From the sequence record PV764601.1: DNA of 64,000 nucleotides. One strand, given 5' to 3'. The translations under genes were made by a program, and so were the position numbers. The stretch's first letter is position 1. Each line of letters begins with the position of its first letter. The notes under the pieces are model-generated. The model was given only the letters and a program-made list of their open reading frames with translations, ran no database searches and was not told where the DNA came from. Positions 9,440 through 16,753 of this stretch are shown here, piece after piece.

Positions 9440-9712
9440 ATGTACTCTATCCGAACCAACGTTCTGTCCCCTGTCCTCATCAAGGATGCTGTCTATCAGG
9501 TTGTGGAAGACACCACCGTCATCCTGTCCAACCGCGTGTCGTCCGATCAGGTTGTCCTGCGTCGCGGCGAGTTCATCGTCTACCGTGGCACCACTGGCAT
9601 GAAGGCCGACGACAAGGTGATCGGCTTCCAGTTCTATCACGTGGACGGTGCGCAGTTCGTCAACGTTTCAACGGAGTTGCTGCCCCAAATCCTCACCGGC
9701 CATGAAGAATGA
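9440..9712 (+). CDS. hypothetical protein
   Basis: AAGGA SD. Confidence 0.65.
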   Translation: MYSIRTNVLSPVLIKDAVYQVVEDTTVILSNRVSSDQVVLRRGEFIVYRGTTGMKADDKVIGFQFYHVDGAQFVNVSTELLPQILTGHEE

Positions 9713-10140
9713 TGGAACGCGACCGAGAAATCGACGTGGAAACGCTTGAGATAATCAAGCGGCAGATGATGGAATCGGCTCCCGATCTTGAGGTGATGCG
9801 GGGCGGCAAGTCGCGCATGGCGCGCACAATGAGCATGTACACACTCGGTAGTGTACTGAACCTCATTGCCACGGATGTACGAGTAGCAGATGCGCTGCTG
9901 GAACATCCGGACGTGATCGGCGATATGGTGCTGCCTCTTGACGATCCGCGTATCCAATTGCTTCACGACCAACCCATTAACACCAAGGGTCTGATGGAAG
10001 CTATCCGTAAGCATGAGTACGATGACATGGTGATGGAGCCCTGCTTTGATGGTGGCCCTAATCCGAATGGCAATCGTGCAGAGCGTCGAGCGTGGAAGGC
10101 CATCGAACGTCGGAAGAGCAAGAAGCGAGGTAAAGCATGA
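9709..10140 (+). CDS. hypothetical protein
   Basis: Coupled ORF. Confidence 0.65.
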   Translation: MMERDREIDVETLEIIKRQMMESAPDLEVMRGGKSRMARTMSMYTLGSVLNLIATDVRVADALLEHPDVIGDMVLPLDDPRIQLLHDQPINTKGLMEAIRKHEYDDMVMEPCFDGGPNPNGNRAERRAWKAIERRKSKKRGKA

Positions 10141-10499
10141 GCCTGTCAATGGCAGAGCAGTTGGCTGCCCTCACTGGACGTAAGGTACCGGAAGCACCAA
10201 AGCCGCAGCCTAAACCAAAGCAGCACCACGTAGGAACCAGCAAGCTGTCGTCTCTCCACACCCTGACCACGCTCTACATGATCGGTCAGGCGTTTGAGCA
10301 GGCAACACTCAAGCCGGTACGCTTGGAGCCTTCGGCGGCGTCCAAGGCGGCGGAGAACATCCGAGTGCCTTTCGCCATCTTCCAAAAGGCAGCGCGTGAA
10401 GTAGGTGTCAAGGTAGTTGCGTCCACTCAGATGACGGTGGATCAAATCATCTTGACGTGCCACCACCTCGGGATTGAGGTGCGGCAGGTAGCGCAGTAA
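10137..10499 (+). CDS. hypothetical protein
   Basis: ATGA coupling. Confidence 0.65.
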   Translation: MSLSMAEQLAALTGRKVPEAPKPQPKPKQHHVGTSKLSSLHTLTTLYMIGQAFEQATLKPVRLEPSAASKAAENIRVPFAIFQKAAREVGVKVVASTQMTVDQIILTCHHLGIEVRQVAQ

Positions 10500-10526
10500 C
10501 ACGTGAGGGGTCAGAACACCGACCCC

Positions 10527-10680
10527 TCGATTTTTCAAAGGATGCTCGAAATGACCACCCTCGGAACCTGAACGGCAGCTGAACGAAAGTCAGGAGTGGT
10601 AGTCACCCGACTTGACTTGTGTTATGATAGGGGTGTGGGAGTGTGCCTGTCGCTTATGGCATACCAAACACACTTTGAAA
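10527..10680 (+). promoter_or_regulatory. Repeated promoter module, copy 2
   Basis: CTGAACG at 10568 and 10579; TG-n-TATGAT at 10623; imperfect terminal inverted repeat 10533-10544/10669-10680. Confidence 0.75.
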
Positions 10681-10720
10681 TCTCACGCCTTCGGGCATCT
10701 ATTGAATCAAGGAAGCCATC

Positions 10721-11446
10721 ATGAAAGACATTAACTCCAGCACCTTCAACGCTCTCGCCAACGTCATCTTCGGCATCATCAGTTCGACCGCACGCAAGGT
10801 CGGCCTCAGCACCTCCTACGAGAATGGCATCCTGACGGTGTTCTTCACCGAGGTTCAGGTGAAGCAAGGTGAGGAGAACGTGGCAGCCCGTCCGGTGCTG
10901 TCGTTCCAGTATTTCGTGGAAGGTGGCTTGCTGTGCACGCCGGAACTGCTTGAGTCCAAGTACAGCGAGGAAATGTGGACTGGCAACATGGACCTCCGCG
11001 AGAAGGAACTGCGCAACGAGATTGCAAAGCTCGGCCGCACCTTCGGCATCGACACCTACCACATGGTCGCGTTCCTTGAAGCGGTGAATGCGGAGTACGT
11101 GCGCGAGTGGGCAGAGAACCTGGAGCGCAAGGTCAAGAGCGGCGCCTTCCAGAAGCCGGAGCCGAAGAAGGGTGCAGTGTACGTGTCCAAGGGGCCGGGC
11201 CCCAAGATCGTGTATGATGCCAAGCGCACTGGCATCAAGGTCGGGAGCAAGGTGTCGTTCGCTGCCAACGGCCCGGCAGCGCGTGAAGGTGGTTACAAGG
11301 GCAAGATCATCACCGGGCGGGTTGCCTACGTGGAAGGCAACCAGTGTGGCATCAAGTGGAGCAGCGCGAGCAAGCAGCGCTATCCGAATGCGATGCACTC
11401 CTGCGTCATGAGCAAGCGCGAACTGCGTTTGCACGGCGGCAAGTAA
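10721..11446 (+). CDS. hypothetical protein
   Basis: AAGGA SD; first gene after module 2. Confidence 0.75.
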   Translation: MKDINSSTFNALANVIFGIISSTARKVGLSTSYENGILTVFFTEVQVKQGEENVAARPVLSFQYFVEGGLLCTPELLESKYSEEMWTGNMDLREKELRNEIAKLGRTFGIDTYHMVAFLEAVNAEYVREWAENLERKVKSGAFQKPEPKKGAVYVSKGPGPKIVYDAKRTGIKVGSKVSFAANGPAAREGGYKGKIITGRVAYVEGNQCGIKWSSASKQRYPNAMHSCVMSKRELRLHGGK

Positions 11447-11453
11447 ACATGAT

Positions 11454-11479
11454 GCGAGCCCTTCGGGGCTCGCTTTCTT
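11454..11479 (+). terminator. Rho-independent terminator
   Basis: GCGAGCCC-TTCG-GGGCTCGC-TTTCTT. Confidence 0.8.
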
Positions 11480-11497
11480 AGGTTCAAGGGAACGTTT

Positions 11498-11806
11498 ATG
11501 GATCACCTTCGGAAGATGCTCAAGGGAGCCACCGTTGAAGGGGCGGTAAAAATTCGGGGACGTAATGGCAAGCTAGTCAACGTCCCTTTGAACGGAACCC
11601 TTCGGGAGGTACGTCAACGTTTCTGGCGACTCCACAGGAAGTACCACTTCCGTAAGCTCAATGTGTCAGGCGTCAATTTCAAATACGTTGAGCCACGGAT
11701 TCAGATTCGTACTAAGACGGGAATGATGTTCGGGCACTTCAAAGGCAATGCAGGCTTGCCTGCCTTTGTGGTGTGGCTGCGAAGCATCAACACTTATTTC
11801 AATTGA
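11498..11806 (+). CDS. hypothetical basic protein
   Basis: 102-aa ORF between terminator and ligase. Confidence 0.55.
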   Translation: MDHLRKMLKGATVEGAVKIRGRNGKLVNVPLNGTLREVRQRFWRLHRKYHFRKLNVSGVNFKYVEPRIQIRTKTGMMFGHFKGNAGLPAFVVWLRSINTYFN

Positions 11807-11826
11807 AACACACCGAGGACTTATTC

Positions 11827-13596
11827 ATGTTCAAGAAACCTTTTGACGCAAAGAAGACCCTGACCCTGTTGCAGAAAGCGGACACCGCTTACTTCAACGC
11901 CGATGGGAAGAAGATCAAGCCCATCATGACGGATGCTGAATACGACAAGCTGCGCGACGCCTTGGAGAAAGCCAAGGTCGGTGACAAGAAGCTCGCAGCA
12001 GCGGTCAAGAAGTATCTGGCGGGCACTGGCGCGAAGGAGACCGGGGGTGAGAAAGTCAAGCTCCCATTCTACCTGCCGTCGCTCGACAAGCTCAAGACCG
12101 ACGAACCCAAGTGGTTCGACAAGTACATCGAACGCACGGCCAAGGTCGGTGCGAAGCAATATGTGGTGGGACCGAAGTTCGATGGCACTTCTTTCCTCAT
12201 CAAGATCGTGAATCAGATTCCGGTTGCGGCCTACACGCGCGGTAGTGGTAGCGTAGGGCGCAACGTCACCAAGCATCTGCGCAAGATGATCGAACTCGGT
12301 GTCGTGCCTGCCAAGGTCGCCAAGATCAAGGGCACCAATCCGAACTCGCCCATCTACGTTCGCTGCGAACTGTGCATCACTCGCAAGGCGTTCAAGAAGT
12401 GGTCGGGCAAGAAGGTGGATGGACGCACCTACGGCGAAGCGCGCAACTCGGTCAACGGCATCCTGACTGGCACTCGCTTCCATGATGCGTTCGTGAAGGA
12501 TTGCTCGGTGGTCGCGTTTGAACTGATGGACGCGAACGGCAATGCGGTAATGGACACCAAACTGGCAGCGGTCAAGTGGCTCGCCGATCAAGGCTTCTCG
12601 GACATGTTCGCTAAGACGGTCAAGCTGGTGTCGGGTGACAAGATCAAGCCCACGCTGGACGCAATGCTCGCCAAGGTCAGCGCTTCGGATTACATGATCG
12701 AGTGCGACGGCGTGGTGATCGAAGCGAACAAGGCTTCGGTGCGGGGCGCTCTGCGTGACCAGCGTGGTCCCGACAAGCGTCCATACTACGCTATGGCGTA
12801 CAAGTACGGCGTGACCGAAGACGCCACCGCGCAGATTACTCAGGTCACGGAGTTCTTCTGGACGGCAGGCGCAGACGGTGCTCGTATCCCCAACGTTTCA
12901 TACGCGCCCATCAAGGTTGGCAATACCACGATGACGAATGCTTCGGCACACAATGCCAAGAACGTCATGGCCCTGAACCTCAACCTCGGGGCCAAGATCA
13001 AGGTGGTGCGCAGCGGTGGTGTCATCCCTCATGTGGTGGAAGTCATCAAGCCGGGCAAGAAGGCAGGACTGCCTGCTGTGTGTTCGTGTGGCGCCAAGCT
13101 CAAGATGGGCGATGCGCATCTGTACTGCTCCAAGCCGGATACGTGCGCTGAGACGCTGCGTGCTCGGTTCGAGAAGGCGCTCAAGTTTGTCAACTTTGAC
13201 GGCATGGGCGGCGTGGGTATGGTCAAGGTGTACGATGCGGGGCTGAACACCTTTGCCAAGCTGATCGCAGCAAGCGCTCCGAAGCTGCAAAAGCTGCTGG
13301 GTAACGCGGCGGGTGCAAAGGTGCACAAGTCGATCTCCGCCAAGGTTGCAAAGTTCAACGCTGTGGATTGGATGGTGGTTAGCGGCGCTTTCATCCGTCC
13401 GGGTATGTCGATGGCAGATGCCAAGCTGAGTTTGGTATACGATGCCCTCGGAAAGAAGCTGTATAGCTACGGCGCGAAACCCAAGGCACTTCGGAAGGCA
13501 CTGTCCGCTGTGGACGGCCTTGGCGAAGAGAGCATTGACCTGTTCGTGGCCGGCTATCCCAAGTTCCTGAAATTCTACAATTCTGTGAAAGGCTAA
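11827..13596 (+). CDS. ligA: NAD-dependent DNA ligase (no BRCT domain)
   Basis: MTDAEYDKL (domain Ia), KFDG adenylation motif, YTRG, DGVVI, RSGGVIP (OB fold), C4 zinc finger, HhH C-terminus. Confidence 0.92.
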   Translation: MFKKPFDAKKTLTLLQKADTAYFNADGKKIKPIMTDAEYDKLRDALEKAKVGDKKLAAAVKKYLAGTGAKETGGEKVKLPFYLPSLDKLKTDEPKWFDKYIERTAKVGAKQYVVGPKFDGTSFLIKIVNQIPVAAYTRGSGSVGRNVTKHLRKMIELGVVPAKVAKIKGTNPNSPIYVRCELCITRKAFKKWSGKKVDGRTYGEARNSVNGILTGTRFHDAFVKDCSVVAFELMDANGNAVMDTKLAAVKWLADQGFSDMFAKTVKLVSGDKIKPTLDAMLAKVSASDYMIECDGVVIEANKASVRGALRDQRGPDKRPYYAMAYKYGVTEDATAQITQVTEFFWTAGADGARIPNVSYAPIKVGNTTMTNASAHNAKNVMALNLNLGAKIKVVRSGGVIPHVVEVIKPGKKAGLPAVCSCGAKLKMGDAHLYCSKPDTCAETLRARFEKALKFVNFDGMGGVGMVKVYDAGLNTFAKLIAASAPKLQKLLGNAAGAKVHKSISAKVAKFNAVDWMVVSGAFIRPGMSMADAKLSLVYDALGKKLYSYGAKPKALRKALSAVDGLGEESIDLFVAGYPKFLKFYNSVKG

Positions 13597-13601
13597 CCGT
13601 C

Positions 13602-14147
13602 ATGGACACCAACCAGTCTATCGGCGTCGGGGATTATCCCAATCCCCCTAAGCGCCAAGGTGTAACGCTGAGTCCCACACGGGCTCAGCAACATCCCAAC
13701 AACATCAAGTGTGCGTTCTACATCCTTCGGGGCCTGCCGGGTGAGCCCTTGGATGAGGCTGCCCAAGAAATTGCGGCAACTGCGCTGGCGAACGGGGTCA
13801 AGACCGTGGCCATCCTGTCCTCCGAGGACTTCCTCAAGGACGACAAGGGACGCTACAAGTTCAACGGGTACGAGTTGCAGAATGCGCATCGCCGCAACTA
13901 CGAGCGTGCTTGTATGCACTTCATGCTCGGGACCGAGGTGGTCATCTTGGTCAATCCGAACGTGCGCCGGTCGCACTTTTACCATTACGCCACCTCCGCT
14001 GGGTTCTACTATTACTACATCGAAGAACGGATCGTCGGCGATCCCTTCAATGTGGACGCGGAGAAGATTCGGGCCCTCCACAAGGCCAGTGCCAGCAGGG
14101 TGCCGGAGCACATCATCAGCCGCTACAGCCTTGAATTTGAGCGCTAG
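13602..14147 (+). CDS. AAA_33/polynucleotide-kinase-like protein with degenerate Walker A
   Basis: YILRGLPG(EPLD), SSEDF, YKF..LQNAH, VILVNPN and RVPEHIISRY match the family layout, but GKS/T is missing. Confidence 0.6.
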   Translation: MDTNQSIGVGDYPNPPKRQGVTLSPTRAQQHPNNIKCAFYILRGLPGEPLDEAAQEIAATALANGVKTVAILSSEDFLKDDKGRYKFNGYELQNAHRRNYERACMHFMLGTEVVILVNPNVRRSHFYHYATSAGFYYYYIEERIVGDPFNVDAEKIRALHKASASRVPEHIISRYSLEFER

Positions 14148-14155
14148 GGCGATAC

Positions 14156-14163
14156 TGTAAATA
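14156..14163 (+). promoter_or_regulatory. TGTAAATA phage promoter motif
   Basis: Intergenic octamer upstream of 14203. Confidence 0.65.
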
Positions 14164-14202
14164 AAGGATAAGCAAGTTAGCCGTCCCCGTCCGAGGTACT
14201 AA

Positions 14203-14976
14203 ATGAGCAAAACCAAGCCTGCGCCTACCAAGACCAAGAAGGCTGTGCCGGAAAAGGTCAAGACCAAGAAAAAGTTGGAAAAGGCAAAGGCCCACAAGAA
14301 GCCGGTCAAGAAGATTCCCTTTACTGTAACCATTCAGCATCCGGGAATCGTTGAAGTCTACGGTGAGGTGATTAGCCGTAGTGACGTTCACATTACCCTG
14401 CGTCGCCGCATCCATCGGTCCCGTGGCAAGTTTGAAGACGTGACCTACCCGCTGTCAGCAGTCAAGGCAGCGTTCTACATCAACGAACCCCAGGCAACCC
14501 TGTTGATTGATGACCCGAACCATGAGTATGACGTGTTTGAGGTCAGCGACTTTGAAGTCCAGGGTGGCATGTACGTACTGACTGATGAAGAAGACGGTGC
14601 AATTCATTTGTGCCATCCTAGCATCACCAGTGTTGTGCAGATTCGTAGTGCGGAAGATATTCCCGAGCGGACGTACAAGAAACGCCGCGAGGAAGAGGAT
14701 GAGGATGAAGAGGAAGAACGTCCGGTACGCAAGAAGAAGGTAGCGCCGCCTGCACCTCCTGTTGAGGAAGAGGACGATACCGAGGACGAGGAAGAAGATG
14801 ATGCGCCTCCCTTCCCTACCAAGCCAGTACAGAAGGTAGTGAAGCCCGCCAAGCCGTTGCCGCCCGTATATGACGATGACGAAGACGAAGAGGATGAAGA
14901 AGACGAAGAAGAATCCGAACAGGAAGTGGAAGTGGAAGAGCATGACGAAGATGAAGACGAATACGAAGACGAGTGA
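14203..14976 (+). CDS. hypothetical protein with Lys-rich N-terminus and Glu/Asp-rich C-terminus
   Basis: GAGG SD; low-complexity charge blocks. Confidence 0.75.
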   Translation: MSKTKPAPTKTKKAVPEKVKTKKKLEKAKAHKKPVKKIPFTVTIQHPGIVEVYGEVISRSDVHITLRRRIHRSRGKFEDVTYPLSAVKAAFYINEPQATLLIDDPNHEYDVFEVSDFEVQGGMYVLTDEEDGAIHLCHPSITSVVQIRSAEDIPERTYKKRREEEDEDEEEERPVRKKKVAPPAPPVEEEDDTEDEEEDDAPPFPTKPVQKVVKPAKPLPPVYDDDEDEEDEEDEEESEQEVEVEEHDEDEDEYEDE

Positions 14977-15027
14977 GTCTTCGCTACAGAAATCGGAGGG
15001 GCGTGTCCCCTCCACGAAGACAGGTGA

Positions 15028-15699
15028 ATGAACATGGCAAAGACCAAGGCATCAACCAAGGTAGCAACCCAGGAAGATCGTCCTCGACTCAAGAAGCGCA
15101 AGGCGGAACCCGCTGCCAAGGCACTACACGATTCTGCGATCACGGTAGCGCTGACTGAGGCGCTAGTGGACAAGCAGCTACGTAAAGCTGAGGAAGTCTC
15201 CAACGCGGATGCAGATGAGTACGAGGACGAAGGTACCGAAGTCGTTCTGCCTATCAAGCCGCGAGTTACTGGTCGGGAGATTCCTGTCGAGGTGGTCGGC
15301 ACTACGCCTTCCTTCACCTCGCAAGTCATCCCGGATGAGGACGACGTTGATGAAGTCCCCATCGAGATTGATGACTCGGCCAAGAATCTTCTCATCATGG
15401 ACAAGCCGTGGTGCTTCAAGTGCACTCACTTGGTGAGTACGGATCAGAAGCGTTCGGAGCAACTCAAGGCGTACAAGGAATGCCACTACATGAGTGGCAA
15501 CAAGAACTGCCCAGCGCGCACGACGCGACTGGTTCGGGGCCTCCCCATCGAAGAAACGGCGCTCGCCTTGTTTGAGGCAACGCGTCGGGGTGATCTTGAG
15601 CAAGACCTCAAGATTCGCCGCAAGCTCGCCACCTTTGACGAAACCATGCAGGGCCTCGTCAACCGGCGTTTCTTGGAACTCATTCGTTCCTCCAATTGA
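15028..15699 (+). CDS. hypothetical protein, possible Zn-binding C-terminal domain
   Basis: CFKC...CH...C spacing. Confidence 0.7.
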   Translation: MNMAKTKASTKVATQEDRPRLKKRKAEPAAKALHDSAITVALTEALVDKQLRKAEEVSNADADEYEDEGTEVVLPIKPRVTGREIPVEVVGTTPSFTSQVIPDEDDVDEVPIEIDDSAKNLLIMDKPWCFKCTHLVSTDQKRSEQLKAYKECHYMSGNKNCPARTTRLVRGLPIEETALALFEATRRGDLEQDLKIRRKLATFDETMQGLVNRRFLELIRSSN

Positions 15700-15725
15700 T
15701 CCAACCCAACCTCTGAGGTATCACA

Positions 15726-16166
15726 ATGTCGAAGCAGATTTATACCGCCACCCTGTACGGGCCGGCCATCCGCACCATCGAAGGCACCGTGGTCGCGGAA
15801 GACGCGAATCAGATCACCGTCCACTACAAGCGCCCGCGTTCGTCCAAGTTTGAGCAGGCTGTCATCCCGCGCACCAACGTGCAGTACGCCGCTGTTGGTG
15901 AAGACGGTTCGGTGGAAATCGCGGTCGTGAATCCGCGTGCGGAACTGGCCAACATCAAGGTGGCACCGGACACCATCGAAGTGAAGGGCAACTTCACCAC
16001 GTTCGTGGCCGAGAACGGTGATACCTACGTCGTCGCCAACACGAACGTTTCGTTCGTGGGTGAGGCCGAAGAGGCTGCCAAGAAGAAGTCGAAGGGCGGC
16101 AAGGCTGAGAAGCCGGAGAAGGGCGAGAAGAAGAAGGGCAAGAAGGGCAAGAAGAAGGTCAAGTAA
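15726..16166 (+). CDS. hypothetical protein with poly-Lys tail
   Basis: GAGG SD; ends KGEKKKGKKGKKKVK. Confidence 0.75.
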   Translation: MSKQIYTATLYGPAIRTIEGTVVAEDANQITVHYKRPRSSKFEQAVIPRTNVQYAAVGEDGSVEIAVVNPRAELANIKVAPDTIEVKGNFTTFVAENGDTYVVANTNVSFVGEAEEAAKKKSKGGKAEKPEKGEKKKGKKGKKKVK

Positions 16167-16182
16167 GTTCGGCAGTAATCTC

Positions 16183-16206
16183 GCAGGGAGGAATGATCCT
16201 CCCTGC
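16183..16206 (+). promoter_or_regulatory. Perfect 10-bp hairpin in the Ubl leader, flanked by GGCAGTAA direct repeats
   Basis: GCAGGGAGGA-ATGA-TCCTCCCTGC; GGCAGTAA at 16171 and 16214. Confidence 0.55.
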
Positions 16207-16251
16207 TACGTCAGGCAGTAACCAATCCCTGTATCTCAAGGAATCGAAACG

Positions 16252-16674
16252 ATGAACACCAATGAAAAGAACGTCCAGAACAACGAAGAAGCCACCAACG
16301 TCGCTGCCGAAGGTAGTGTCACCGTTGGAACCAATTCGGAAACCAGCACCGCGACTGATGGAAACGTCAGTGTCCCGGCAGCAGGTAGTGAAGGTCAGGC
16401 AGAAGCTACCGCAACTGCCAGTCCGACCACGGAAGTGACGGACGTTCCGGCGGAAGTGGCAGTCGCCACCTACACCGTGCAGGTCACTGGCAAGCTGACC
16501 GTCACCGGCTCCGCCGCCGCAGGCTCGACCGTGCGTTCGGCCATCAAGGCTGGCGGCGGTACTGGCTACGAGAACTTCAAGTATCAGGACGACAAGGGTA
16601 AGCCGGTTGCGCTTGACCGCAAGCTGTCGGAAAACCTCAAGCTGACCGCTATCGCCAAGGCGAGCGGCGGCTAA
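16252..16674 (+). CDS. Ubiquitin-like (beta-grasp) protein with C-terminal GG and a disordered N-terminal extension
   Basis: Ends AKASGG*; last ~68 aa follow the beta-beta-alpha-beta-beta pattern (YTVQV, GSTVRSAIKA, GKPVALDRKL, LKLTAI); lies upstream of E2- and E1-like genes. Confidence 0.75.
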   Translation: MNTNEKNVQNNEEATNVAAEGSVTVGTNSETSTATDGNVSVPAAGSEGQAEATATASPTTEVTDVPAEVAVATYTVQVTGKLTVTGSAAAGSTVRSAIKAGGGTGYENFKYQDDKGKPVALDRKLSENLKLTAIAKASGG

Positions 16675-16691
16675 AGCTACACGTACCACCT

Positions 16692-16725
16692 AGGCTCGGG
16701 CGTCGAAAGACGCTCGGGCCTTTCG
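16692..16725 (+). terminator. 13-bp GAAA-loop hairpin (attenuator or processing site) after the Ubl gene
   Basis: AGGCTCGGGCGTC-GAAA-GACGCTCGGGCCT followed by a short T run. Confidence 0.6.
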
Positions 16726-16753
16726 TACATTCAGGACTACCGAAAAGGCGACG

